This document shows positions 35,021 through 44,428 of a stretch of 64,000 bases of DNA, piece by piece. The notes below the pieces were generated by a model. That model searched no databases and was not told the DNA's origin. It worked only from the letters and a program-made list of their open reading frames with translations. Origin of the DNA: Chloroflexia bacterium (lineage in GTDB: Bacteria; Chloroflexota; Chloroflexia; DTKN01); contig JAFGKG010000112.1 of the NCBI GenBank assembly GCA_016928715.1, positions 969 through 64,968 on the forward strand, in the 5' to 3' direction. The position numbers were made by a program, and so were the translations under genes. Each line of letters starts with the position of its first letter. Within the stretch, counting starts at the first letter, position 1.

Positions 35021-35973
35021 GGGCCTTGCTCCTTACATTCCTCCTTTTTCCGTCCCAGATCGTGCACCTGCTGGTAGGCGGCTAGGCGTTCGGCCAGTGC
35101 CGCGGCTCCTAGTTGGCCCCGCTGCAGTGCCCGCCGATCCTGCCAGGCCCGGCGGGCCAGCCCCAGGTGGGTGATCAGGCGATGGGCCCAGCAAAAGGCC
35201 GGCGAGTAGTAGCGCCGGAAAAAGCGCCAGCGGCTGCGGTGCAGTTCGATGAACATGCGGTTGGGTATCTGGCGGGTGCTCTGCCCGCCGTGGTGTACCA
35301 CCTGGGCACCCGGTACGTGATAGACCTGCCAGCCGGCCTGCTTGAGCCGATAGCAGAGGTCCACCTCCTCCACATAGATGAAATAGCCCTCGTCCAAGAG
35401 CCCCACCTGGTCCAGCGCCGAACTGCGCAGCAGCAGGCAGGCCCCCAGGGGATGGTCGATGGGAAAGGGCCGCTGCCCGCGCATTTGCGGGTAGTAGCGC
35501 CCGTTCAGGCGGGAATGGTAGATCCGACCGTGCAGGGGAAAGAAATCCAAAAAGCCCATGAGCAGGGTGGGGAAGGTAAAGGCGTTCTCCTGTAAGGAGC
35601 CGTCCGGGTTGAGCAGGCGAGGGCCGGCCGCGCCGACGCGGGGATGTCTCTGCATAAAGTCGACTAGTGTCTCCAGCGCGCCGGGGCGGACGGTGCTGTC
35701 GGGATTGAGCAGTAGGGCATAGTCCGTGCCGGCGGGCAGGGCCCGCAGACCCTGGTTCGTGGCCGCGGCAAACCCCCGGTTCTCGGTGTTGGCGATCACC
35801 CTGACGAGAGGAAAATTGCTCCGCACCATGGCGGCGCTGCCGTCGGAGGAGGCATTGTCCACGACCACAATATGCAGGGGCAGGGAGCAGCGCTGCAGTG
35901 AGAGCAGGCAGTCTCGCAGCAGGTCAGCGGTGTTGTAGCTGACAACGATGACACCCAGCACGGGGTCCGGCAT
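35011..35973 (-). CDS. glycosyltransferase family 2
   Basis: ATG at 35973. Motifs VIVVSYNTADLL, VVDNASSDGSAAMV, ENRGFAAATNQG and LLLNPDSTV. Confidence 0.85.
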   Translation of the reverse strand: MPDPVLGVIVVSYNTADLLRDCLLSLQRCSLPLHIVVVDNASSDGSAAMVRSNFPLVRVIANTENRGFAAATNQGLRALPAGTDYALLLNPDSTVRPGALETLVDFMQRHPRVGAAGPRLLNPDGSLQENAFTFPTLLMGFLDFFPLHGRIYHSRLNGRYYPQMRGQRPFPIDHPLGACLLLRSSALDQVGLLDEGYFIYVEEVDLCYRLKQAGWQVYHVPGAQVVHHGGQSTRQIPNRMFIELHRSRWRFFRRYYSPAFCWAHRLITHLGLARRAWQDRRALQRGQLGAAALAERLAAYQQVHDLGRKKEECKEQGPWD

Positions 35974-36016
35974 GGCTTGGCTCCAGGACAGATTCGTCCG
36001 ATAGATGCCTGTCGGC

Positions 36017-36045
36017 ATTCTATATGGAATCGGGCTTACTGTCAA
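36017..36045 (-). promoter_or_regulatory. promoter of GT2 operon (TTGACA-17-TAGAAT)
   Basis: Minus-strand hexamers at 36045..36040 and 36022..36017. Confidence 0.6.
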
Positions 36046-36068
36046 TCTTGTTGCAAAGTTGCCCCTGT

Positions 36069-36097
36069 TTGCGTCTTGCGCCGGGATATAGTACAAT
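36069..36097 (+). promoter_or_regulatory. promoter of udk (TTGCGT-17-TACAAT; ATAGTACAAT)
   Basis: Hexamers at 36069..36074 and 36092..36097. Confidence 0.55.
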
Positions 36098-36194
36098 GCG
36101 GGCAGCCAGGGGAATTGATCGGTTATACGCCTGCCTTTTCATTGTGTGCCAATTAACGTCCCTGGTCGGAGTGCTGGGTAGCAGGAGGAGCCGG

Positions 36195-36839
36195 ATGAAA
36201 CCAGTGATTGTAGGAGTGGCCGGGGGCAGCGGCTCGGGCAAAACGACAGTGTCCAACGCCATCCTGGAGCGGGTGGGGGCGGAACGCATCGCCTATATCC
36301 AGCACGATGCCTATTACCGGGATCTGTCGCACCTGCCCTTTGAGGAGCGGGCCCGGGTCAACTTTGACCATCCCGATGCTCTGGAGAACGAACTGCTGAT
36401 CGACCACCTGCAGCAGCTTGCGGCCAATCAGTCGGTGGCTGTCCCGATCTATGATTTTACGAGCCATACCCGTCGGGCCGAGACCCATTGTATCCGGCCG
36501 CACCGGGTCATCCTGGTGGAAGGGATCCTGATCTTTGCGGACAAGCTCTTGCGCGAGATGATGGATATCAAGATCTATGTGGACACAGATCCCGACATTC
36601 GTTTTATTCGCCGCTTGCAGCGGGACATGGCCGAGCGGGGCCGCAGCCTGCAGTCGGTGATCCAGCAGTATCTGGGCACGGTGCGGCCAATGCATCTAGA
36701 GTTCGTCGAGCCGAGCAAGCGTTATGCCGACGTCATTATCCCCGAAGGCGGCTTTAACACCATTGCCATTGATATGGTCGTGGCGCGCGTGGAATCGATG
36801 TTGGAAGAGTCGGGTCCGAACCTGCTGCGCAATATATAA
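36195..36839 (+). CDS. udk: uridine kinase
   Basis: ATG at 36195 after GGAGGAG. The P-loop is VGVAGGSGSGKTTV. The protein is typical Udk-like throughout. Confidence 0.9.
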   Translation: MKPVIVGVAGGSGSGKTTVSNAILERVGAERIAYIQHDAYYRDLSHLPFEERARVNFDHPDALENELLIDHLQQLAANQSVAVPIYDFTSHTRRAETHCIRPHRVILVEGILIFADKLLREMMDIKIYVDTDPDIRFIRRLQRDMAERGRSLQSVIQQYLGTVRPMHLEFVEPSKRYADVIIPEGGFNTIAIDMVVARVESMLEESGPNLLRNI

Positions 36840-36895
36840 CCCGGAAAGTTCGGCCCAGCCGCTTTTCGAACGGCTGCGTGAATTTGGAGGTGGGT

Positions 36896-37991
36896 ATGTC
36901 GGAAGTGCAGGTTTTATTGGAGGAACTGCAGCCTCGCCTGGAAATGATCCGGAGGCATCTTTGACCTGCCGGGCAAGGAAGAAGAGTTCGCCCAACTGGA
37001 ACAGCGTTCGCTGGGCCCAGATTTCTGGCAAGAGCCCCAGCAGGCCCAGGAGGATATGCGCCGCCTGACCCGCTTGCGGGAACAGCTTGACCATTGGCAC
37101 TCCCTGGAGCGACAGCGCGCCGAACTCCAAGAGTTGCTCGAACTGGCCGAACTGGACGAGGAGCAGTCCATGGTGGCCGAGATAGAAAGGGAGGCGCGGC
37201 AATTGCTGCGGGCGGTGGAGCGGTTGGAGTTCCGGCTCATGATGGGCGGTCGCTACGACGACCACGATGCCCTGCTTTCCATCCACGCCGGTGCCGGTGG
37301 CACCGAAGCGCAGGACTGGACCGAGATGTTGCTGCGTATGTACCTGCGTTGGGCCGAGCAGCGTGATTTCAAGGCCGAGATCATCGAGATGTTGCATGGG
37401 GAGGAAGCGGGCATCAAGACGGTGACGATCGAGTTGGTTGGGGAGTACGCCTATGGCTATGCCCGGGCCGAGGCGGGCGTACACCGCCTGGTGCGGCTTT
37501 CCCCCTTTGACGCCGCCCATCGTCGGCACACCTCCTTTGCCCTGGTGGAGGTCGTTCCCGTGCTGGACGACGAGATCGAGATCGAAATCTTGGCCGAGGA
37601 TATACGCATTGATGTATTTCGGGCCCAGGGGCATGGGGGGCAGGGGGTCAATACCACCGACAGCGCCGTGCGCATTACCCATCTGCCGACAGGAATAGTG
37701 GCCGTCTGCCAGAATGAACGCTCGCAACTGCGCAACAAAGAGATCGCCATGCGGGTATTACGCTCGCGCTTGTACGAGTTGGAACTGCACAAGCAGGAGG
37801 AGGAACTGGACCGGGTCAAAGGAGAGCACATCTCGGCCGGCTGGGGCAATCAAATTCGTTCCTACGTGCTGCATCCCTACAGTATGGTCAAGGACCTGCG
37901 CACCGGCTATGAAACCAGCAATACCACGGCCGTGCTGGACGGCGACCTGGATGACTTTGTCGAGGCCTATTTGCGCTGGCGTATGCAGTAG
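36896..37991 (+). CDS. prfB: peptide chain release factor 2 (requires programmed +1 frameshift at 36959..36965)
   Basis: Frame 0 reads MSEVQVLLEELQPRLEMIRRHL then TGA (36962..36964). The +1 frame continues DLPGKEEEFAQLEQRS...MRRLTRLREQ and joins ORF 37056..37991. SPF (RLSPFD) and GGQ (GHGGQGVN) motifs are present. Confidence 0.92.
36951..36965 (+). promoter_or_regulatory. prfB: prfB programmed +1 frameshift site (internal SD-like GGAGG + CTT TGA C)
   Basis: The sequence is ggaggcat CTT TGA C. This is the same architecture as the canonical bacterial RF2 autoregulatory site. Confidence 0.9.
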
Positions 37992-38036
37992 CCGCCTTTG
38001 CCCTGCCGGGTTCATCGGGGAACGCGTTCTTTTGGG

Positions 38037-39095
38037 TTACTCGTCAATGACCTTTTCGTCGATGAGGGTCTGTTCCACATAGCCGCCGTGGGGGTTGAAG
38101 CAGAAATACTGCGAGAGCAGTTCGAACTCGAGGTCCACTTCGGCCCGGCCGGCGCGATTTTTCTCCACGCTGAACACGACCCAACTTTTCCAGCGCTCCG
38201 CTTCCTGCATGTTGAAGGTGATGTGCTTTTTGGCCACAATTTTCCATTTTTGGTTAATGATCAGGGCAATGTCGCACTCATAGTCCAGGGCCGAGCTGCC
38301 ACGCAGATGGCGCAGGTGCAGGCGCTTGGCCTTGAGCCCCTCGCGGTCAGAGGCCACAATGGCGATGACGACCGTGCCCAGGTCCAGGGCAATGTTCTTG
38401 AGCCCTTCCACGATGATGGTGACCTTTTCGGCCTCGTTCTCGGTGCGATAGGGCAGGGCGATCTTTTGCAAATAGTCCACCACGACCAGGACGGGAACGC
38501 CAGGATTCTCCTCCTGGAATTTTTGCACCATGGCCTCGATCACCGGCAGGGTGGTCTTTTGGGGGCTGGCCTTGAGCAGATAAAGTTTGTGCAGGTAGAG
38601 TTGGACCTTTTCAAAGACCTGGTTGGCGTTGGGCATCGACTTGAGCACGTCAAAGAAACCCGCCTTGGGATGCTGTCGGCGGTAATCGAGGATGGTCCGA
38701 TGCAGGTCTCGCAGACGGATGCCCCGCTGCATGCCGTCCTTGGTCGGATCGATGCTCTCCATACAGATGAGCCGGCTGAGCATGTGCTCTTCGTCATGCT
38801 CATAAGAGAGGTACAGGACAACGGCCGGGGTATAGGCGGCGATGTTGCGTCCAACTTGGAGGCACCAGATAGTTTTGCCCATGCCCTGGGCTCCGCCCAG
38901 CAGGACGAGCTCGCCCTGCTTGAAGCCTCCGCTGATAATGTCGTCCAATTCGCGAAAACCGGTGGGCAGGGGGGTATAGGCCTCCAATTCGCCACTGGCT
39001 ACCTTGCGGTCGGTTTCGACCATAATTTCCCGCAGCGAGCGGGGCAAGGGTACGTCTTTTAAGAGGTCGCCATCCAAGGGGGTGGTGTCTTTCAT
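38037..39095 (-). CDS. DnaB_C-only RecA-superfamily ATPase (DnaB-helicase C-terminal domain protein lacking the DnaB N-domain)
   Basis: 352 aa. Motifs LPTGFRELDD, Walker A GGAQGMGKT, Walker B VLVVVDYLQKI, RGSSALDYECDIALII and VEKNRAGR. The ATG (39095..39093) overlaps the upstream stop by 4 nt (ATGA). GC is lower than the flanks by eye. Confidence 0.8.
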   Translation of the reverse strand: MKDTTPLDGDLLKDVPLPRSLREIMVETDRKVASGELEAYTPLPTGFRELDDIISGGFKQGELVLLGGAQGMGKTIWCLQVGRNIAAYTPAVVLYLSYEHDEEHMLSRLICMESIDPTKDGMQRGIRLRDLHRTILDYRRQHPKAGFFDVLKSMPNANQVFEKVQLYLHKLYLLKASPQKTTLPVIEAMVQKFQEENPGVPVLVVVDYLQKIALPYRTENEAEKVTIIVEGLKNIALDLGTVVIAIVASDREGLKAKRLHLRHLRGSSALDYECDIALIINQKWKIVAKKHITFNMQEAERWKSWVVFSVEKNRAGRAEVDLEFELLSQYFCFNPHGGYVEQTLIDEKVIDE

Positions 39096-41590
39096 TCCAC
39101 GCTCTCCTCCACCTGGGTTGTTTTGCGCTGCAGTCTCTGCAGTACATAGCCCCAGAGTGGCCAACGCAGTTTCTGCCAGGCCTGTTGGACCTGGACAATC
39201 TCCTTGACCGATGTATGGGTCTGTCCAAAGCGCTCCTTCACGTACTGGGTGGTGATCAGGGCGATGGCGGGGCGCTGTTCTGGGAGGGCATCGGCCAGTT
39301 GCCAGGCGTATTCATAGGGGGTGGACTGTCTTTGCGGACCCAGCCCGACCAGGGTGGCCCAGCGGCACATGCGCTCATAGACCACCGCGACCGGGTTGAG
39401 CCGGCGCAGCCCGCGACCGGCCCACAGCAATAGGACCCCCAGACCGACCAGCACTAGGAGCAGGATCGTCATAGGTGCTATTACGCCGGGCCGGGTGAGG
39501 ATGGGCTCCGCTTCCTCGATGTCAATCTCGCCGTCCAGGGGGATGTCGATGTCCTCGAGGCGGTCCTCGGGGTCAAAGGGCTCGTCGTCCATTTCGATGT
39601 TGGGCGTGCGCGGGGGAGCATCCCCCGAGCTGGGGGGCCGTTCCCGGCGGGAGGGCAGCGAGGTATAGTCGGCCGGGGTGGGCTCAAAGCGCTGCCAGCC
39701 ATAGTTGTTAAAATAGACCTCGGTCCAGGTATGGGCGGCGGCGACGGGCACGATGTAGGCGTCGAGTTCGCTGTCGTATTCGCCGGAGGCATAGCCGCGA
39801 ACCAGCCGGGCGGCAATGCCCTGGGTCCGCAGCAGCACGGTCATTGCCGAGCCAAAATAATCGCAGTAGCCGGCCTGGCTGTCAAAGAGGAAATAGTCGA
39901 CGGCGTCGCGGCCCTCTGGGGGGGCGGTGATACTCTCGCGGTAGGTCAGTTCGGTACGCAGATAGGTCTGGATGGCTTCGGCGGCGTCATAGGGGTTGAC
40001 CAGGCCCAACTGCACCAGTCCGCCGCTGGGATAGACCGAGAGGATTTCCTGACCCCTTTTCTGGATCACGGCGACGACAGGGCCCTCGTCCGAGTCCCGC
40101 CGGATGCGCAACTCCTCCAGACCGCTGTTGTCCGGCAAGCTCTGCTCCCAGAGTAGATCGTCCGTGGGATCATCGACCATGTGGGTGGCGACGATCCTGT
40201 CGGCCAGCTCGCGGATCCGGCTGGGGATTTGTGGCAGCGCCAAGTAGCGCCGGAGGACCCAATCGGGATAGTCGAGTTCGGACCGCCGCAGCGAGGCCTT
40301 GTCCACGGTCGTGAACCAAGAACTCACCTTATAGGGGCGGTTTTCCTGGAGGGCCTGGCGGCTGCGGATGCTGACAATATCGGCAAAGCCGGCCTCTTCC
40401 ACCGGGCTGCCCAACTCGACGGTGGCCGGCAGGGTCATACTCATCGGCTCGGCGATGGCAAAGATCATGTTGCCGCCCTGCAGCAGGGGGACGATGGTAT
40501 GGTCGACGCGAACCCGCTTGAGTACGTCGGGATTGAGGATCTGGCCGGGTGGCAGCGTCCAGCTCGGTCCGTTTTCAGCCGTGTTGAGCCAGCCGCGGCC
40601 ATCGTATTGATCAAAGACAATGCCGCGCAGATATTCGTTGCGATCGGTTAGGACGAGCATGGCATAGCCCTCGGGCGTGACCCGCCCGCCGGCCAGTTCA
40701 AAGCTGGAGCTATAGGCCCCAATCCGTCCTTCGCCGATGGTGCCCACCTCGCTAAAGAGTCGCTCCCAGGTGCCCCGGACCTCCCGCCACGGTTCCAGGA
40801 ATCGATCCCAGAAGGAAGCCGTTTCGGCACTGCCAGTGCTGGTGGGCAACAGGGCGCTGCCGAGCACCAGGACGAGGCTGAGGGCGACCCCGACCCAAAA
40901 AATCCGGCCGGACATTTCGCGGGGATAGTGTACATTCTCGCGCTGCCATTCCTGTTCCTGTCGCTTCCAGAGATAATAGACCAAAAAGATCAGGCTGAGG
41001 AGGGCAAAGTATTGGAAGTAACGGGGGGAAACGTCGGGCCCGTAGACCAGGTTCAACAGCAGCACTAGTCCGGGCAGGCCAATGCTCATCCAGGGCCAGT
41101 GCGAGCGAAAGGCAAACCAGGCGCTCAAAAAGGCTACGACCCAGCAGATCAGGGCCAGGACGATGATAAAGAGGGTAATATCGTCGCCATATTCGCCTTG
41201 GAAAAAGTTGCGGCCCAGAATGATGACGCGGATGAGCAGTTCGATGGCCCGATCCCGCCAGGTGTCTAGGTTGGGATGGAGGTAGTAGACGATCTGGCTG
41301 CTGCCGGTGATGTGCACGTTCTGCAGGCCGCTGCTGAGTTCTATGATCCAGGCCAGCCCGCCGGCGAGGCCCAGGGAGTGGGCCAGCCAACGGGGGAGCC
41401 AACGCAGCCGGGCCAATACAAAGCCGGCCAGCACGCCGACTAGGGCCGTTGCGGGCAGCATGGCGCTCAGGGCCAGGCGCAGGGAGATGACCCAGCGCCC
41501 ATTCTGCAAAGAGCCCGCCACGGTCAGCAGCAGCAAGAGAATCAATAATAACGAGAGCCAGCCTTCTGGCAGTTCCCACCATTTAGGCAT
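39092..41590 (-). CDS. transglutaminase-like (TgpA-type) polytopic membrane protein
   Basis: ATG at 41590 after GGGGAGGA. The N-terminal part has about 6 or more TM helices. The transglutaminase core is QAGYCDYFGSAMTVLLR...AHTWTEVYF...WQRFEPT. A C-terminal TM segment and tail follow. Confidence 0.85.
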   Translation of the reverse strand: MPKWWELPEGWLSLLLILLLLLTVAGSLQNGRWVISLRLALSAMLPATALVGVLAGFVLARLRWLPRWLAHSLGLAGGLAWIIELSSGLQNVHITGSSQIVYYLHPNLDTWRDRAIELLIRVIILGRNFFQGEYGDDITLFIIVLALICWVVAFLSAWFAFRSHWPWMSIGLPGLVLLLNLVYGPDVSPRYFQYFALLSLIFLVYYLWKRQEQEWQRENVHYPREMSGRIFWVGVALSLVLVLGSALLPTSTGSAETASFWDRFLEPWREVRGTWERLFSEVGTIGEGRIGAYSSSFELAGGRVTPEGYAMLVLTDRNEYLRGIVFDQYDGRGWLNTAENGPSWTLPPGQILNPDVLKRVRVDHTIVPLLQGGNMIFAIAEPMSMTLPATVELGSPVEEAGFADIVSIRSRQALQENRPYKVSSWFTTVDKASLRRSELDYPDWVLRRYLALPQIPSRIRELADRIVATHMVDDPTDDLLWEQSLPDNSGLEELRIRRDSDEGPVVAVIQKRGQEILSVYPSGGLVQLGLVNPYDAAEAIQTYLRTELTYRESITAPPEGRDAVDYFLFDSQAGYCDYFGSAMTVLLRTQGIAARLVRGYASGEYDSELDAYIVPVAAAHTWTEVYFNNYGWQRFEPTPADYTSLPSRRERPPSSGDAPPRTPNIEMDDEPFDPEDRLEDIDIPLDGEIDIEEAEPILTRPGVIAPMTILLLVLVGLGVLLLWAGRGLRRLNPVAVVYERMCRWATLVGLGPQRQSTPYEYAWQLADALPEQRPAIALITTQYVKERFGQTHTSVKEIVQVQQAWQKLRWPLWGYVLQRLQRKTTQVEESVE

Positions 41591-41636
41591 GTTATATCCT
41601 CCCCAGAGGGGGTCTTGTCCGTATCTTGACCCTTCT

Positions 41637-41665
41637 ATTATACGCTTTCTGCGCCCGTTTGGCAA
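41637..41665 (-). promoter_or_regulatory. promoter of transglutaminase/DnaB_C operon (TTGCCA-17-TATAAT)
   Basis: Minus-strand hexamers at 41665..41660 and 41642..41637. Confidence 0.65.
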
Positions 41666-41700
41666 GAAGGAAGCGTCAGCTGGGCGTCAGCTATTGCGAG

Positions 41701-41729
41701 TTGCACGCGGGATGGGGCTGTAGTACAAT
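41701..41729 (+). promoter_or_regulatory. promoter of GT4/methyltransferase operon (TTGCAC-17-TACAAT; GTAGTACAAT)
   Basis: Hexamers at 41701..41706 and 41724..41729. Confidence 0.65.
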
Positions 41730-41755
41730 GCGGACGGCACAATTGGAGATCGGGC

Positions 41756-42991
41756 ATGCATATCGCGATTTTTGGTCTGGGCTGTGTGACGCGGACTTTT
41801 GAGCAGTGGCCGGAGCGGGTGTTGGGCGAGCGGCTGCTGCAGCAGGGCCACAACGTCGTCGCTTACGGCTATCACGATCCGGCCTCCCCCCATTTCGCGG
41901 CCCGGGAGGAAGAGATTGCCGGCATCCGGGTGCGGCGGCTCCCGCCGCGCTTTTGGCCGGCCCGCGCGCTGCATCGGGCCATGGCCGCCGAGATCAAGCC
42001 CGACGTGGCCCACATTCTGCATCCCCGCAACGTCCTGGCCTTCTCCGCCGTGCGTCTGCTGCGGCGTTGGCGAGTCCCCCTGGTCTATACCTGGCTGGGG
42101 CCCTTCCACGATGCCTTTTTGGTGCGGGACCGCGAATCGCCCTATGACGAGTCCCCCCGCTATGAGCAACTGATCTATGACCGCTCTAGCCTGCTGCGCC
42201 GCCTCCTCCAGGATGGCCGGCTGCGCAGCCACCTGCGCAACTATATGCTGCACTGGCCTTTGACCCAGGCCGACCTGTACCTGCCCTGCTCGCAGCACGA
42301 GGCCGACGTCCTGGTGCGTATGGGCATGCCGGCCGAGCGCATGCGCGTCGTGCCCCTCTGGATCGAGGCGGAGTCGTTGAGCCAATTCCCCCAGCGACCG
42401 CCGGAGCAGTCCTTCAGCCGGCCTTTGATCCTCTACATTGGTCAGATTACCCGGCGCAAGGGCCCGGACCTGCTGGTGCAGGCCATGCCCGAAGTGCTGG
42501 AGCGCTATCCCCAGGCCAGTTTTGTTTTCGTCTCGCACAATCCTGCCGGTATCGCCCGCCTGCGGCTCCAGGCGGAGAGCCTGGGCGTGATGGACCGGCT
42601 CTACTTTGTGGGCCAGGTTTCGGAGGAGGAAAAGGTGGCGCTGCTGCGGGACTGTGACGTCTATGTGCTGCCCTCGCGCTACGAGGGCTTTGGGCTGCCC
42701 CTGCTGGAGGCCATGGCCTGTGGGACGCCTCTGATCAGCAGCGACATTCCGGTGGTCAACGAGATCGTCCGGCATGGCGAGAACGGCTGGTTGATCCCCC
42801 GCGATGACAGCGCGGCCCTGGCGGGGGCGATCCTGCGCATTGTCGGGGATGGGGAACTGCGGGCACGGCTGGCGGCGGGCGGGGCGCGCGCTCTGGGAGA
42901 ACGTTACGATGGGGCCTCTCTGGTGCAGCGGGTGCTGCAGGCCTATCGGGAGGCGATCGCCCTGGCCCAGGAGAGGGTCGAGCGTGGATGA
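41756..42991 (+). CDS. glycosyltransferase family 4
   Basis: Motifs ILYIGQITRRKGPDLL and LPSRYEGFGLPLLEAMACGTPLISSD. Confidence 0.85.
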   Translation: MHIAIFGLGCVTRTFEQWPERVLGERLLQQGHNVVAYGYHDPASPHFAAREEEIAGIRVRRLPPRFWPARALHRAMAAEIKPDVAHILHPRNVLAFSAVRLLRRWRVPLVYTWLGPFHDAFLVRDRESPYDESPRYEQLIYDRSSLLRRLLQDGRLRSHLRNYMLHWPLTQADLYLPCSQHEADVLVRMGMPAERMRVVPLWIEAESLSQFPQRPPEQSFSRPLILYIGQITRRKGPDLLVQAMPEVLERYPQASFVFVSHNPAGIARLRLQAESLGVMDRLYFVGQVSEEEKVALLRDCDVYVLPSRYEGFGLPLLEAMACGTPLISSDIPVVNEIVRHGENGWLIPRDDSAALAGAILRIVGDGELRARLAAGGARALGERYDGASLVQRVLQAYREAIALAQERVERG

Positions 42992-43631
42992 GCAAGCTTA
43001 TTTCGCGGCGCAGGAGCGCAAGTCACTGCGCAAGCTGAACTGGGAGTACGTCCGGCTGCTGCGCCTGGCCGGCCTGCAGGATTTCCCGGCCCAGCGTGTA
43101 CTGGATGCGGGCTGTGGGGCTGGCCCGGGACTGCGCTTTTTCTCCGCTCGCGGCGTGCAGGTCTGTGGCCTGGACCGTTCCGACTATGCCCTGCGGCGAG
43201 CCGGTGAGTTGGCGCCGTCGGCGCACCTGGTGTTGGGCGACCTGCAGCGTACGCTGCCTTTCTTCCGGCGGGCCTTTGACCTGGTGCTGCTGGGCGATGT
43301 CTTTGAGCACATTGAGGACGGGGATGGACTCTTGAGAGAGTGCCTGCGCGTTCTCCGCCCGGGAGGAGCGCTGCTCCTGCGCACCGTCAACCGTTGGGAT
43401 GTGCGTCGTTACTGGCAGGGCGAGTGCTGGTCGGGGGTGGCCGATCCCACCCACGTCCACTTGTATAGCCCACCGGAATTAAGACAGGCCCTGCGCGAGG
43501 CCGGTTTTGTGCGGGTGCGTGTGCGCACCGGTATCAAGCCGCTGTACTGGCTGCCGCTGCGCTGGCAGATCGGCATTCCCTGGCCGCCCTGGGTTGGTAA
43601 CGGCCTCCTGGCGGCAGGCCTTAAGCGTTGA
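42984..43631 (+). CDS. class I SAM-dependent methyltransferase
   Basis: GTG at 42984 overlaps the GT4 stop. Motif I is VLDAGCGAGPGLRFF. Also LVLLGDVFEHI and LRPGGALLL. Confidence 0.8.
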   Translation: MDEQAYFAAQERKSLRKLNWEYVRLLRLAGLQDFPAQRVLDAGCGAGPGLRFFSARGVQVCGLDRSDYALRRAGELAPSAHLVLGDLQRTLPFFRRAFDLVLLGDVFEHIEDGDGLLRECLRVLRPGGALLLRTVNRWDVRRYWQGECWSGVADPTHVHLYSPPELRQALREAGFVRVRVRTGIKPLYWLPLRWQIGIPWPPWVGNGLLAAGLKR

Positions 43632-43641
43632 GGTGTAATCG

Positions 43642-44418
43642 GTGGAGCCACAACAGATCGTAGACCAATATGCCCAAGAGATCCCGCCCGATTTCAAACC
43701 GGATTATTTTCGCCTGCATCGCCGTCGTTACGTGGCCTTGCTAGAGGCCATGGCCTCGGTGCCGCCGGGCAGCCACGTCTTGGAGATCGGCTGCAACCCG
43801 GGACAGTTTACCGAACTGTTGGTGCGGGCCGGCTATCGGGTTTGGGGCGTGGATCTGCATCCGGAGGACCGGGCCGAATTGTGGAGTCGGCTGGGGGTAG
43901 AAGTGCGCCGGGTCAACCTGGAGCAGGACTATATGCCCTATGCCAACGCTTCTTTTGCGGCGGTCGTCTTTTCCGAGGTTATGGAACACATGGCCTGGTC
44001 GCCGCTGCCGGCCCTGCGCGAGATCCGGCGCATCTTGATGCCAGGGGGGCTGTTGGTGTTGAGTGTGCCCAATGCCCGCTATTTGCGGGAGCGGGCCTTG
44101 CTCGCCGGCCGCTTGCTGCTATGGCGCAGCCTGGAAGCGCCGGCCGAGTTTCGTCACCGCATGCACCTGCGCGGGGAAGAGACCTACACCATTCACCACC
44201 ATCTCTACACGGCCTCGGAAGTGCACTGGCTGCTGCAGGAGGCCGGCTTTTCTTCCAGCCAGGCGCGCTACATCGCCGCTCGGGAGGGGGTGGGCGTTTC
44301 CTGGTCGCGGCTGCTGCGCCGGCCCTGGCGGGCGCTGCCCAAGGCGATCCTCTGGGGTCTTACCTCGTTGATCCCGCCGCTTCGCTCCATGCTTTTGGCC
44401 ACGGCCCGCGCCGGCTGA
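43642..44418 (+). CDS. class I SAM-dependent methyltransferase
   Basis: Motifs VLEIGCNPGQFTELL, AVVFSEVMEHM and LMPGGLLVLSVPN. Confidence 0.8.
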   Translation: MEPQQIVDQYAQEIPPDFKPDYFRLHRRRYVALLEAMASVPPGSHVLEIGCNPGQFTELLVRAGYRVWGVDLHPEDRAELWSRLGVEVRRVNLEQDYMPYANASFAAVVFSEVMEHMAWSPLPALREIRRILMPGGLLVLSVPNARYLRERALLAGRLLLWRSLEAPAEFRHRMHLRGEETYTIHHHLYTASEVHWLLQEAGFSSSQARYIAAREGVGVSWSRLLRRPWRALPKAILWGLTSLIPPLRSMLLATARAG

Positions 44419-44428
44419 ACCGGCTGAC

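Noticed and set aside
36724-37068. A 114-aa ORF overlapping the udk end and the prfB start.
   Set aside because: Part of this frame is the genuine prfB leader peptide frame. The rest is explained by the programmed +1 frameshift, so it is not a separate gene.
38037-39095. The DnaB_C protein as the replicative helicase dnaB.
   Set aside because: It is only 352 aa and lacks the DnaB N-terminal domain and linker. It is not next to rplI/ssb-type neighbours, and it is translationally coupled to a transglutaminase gene.
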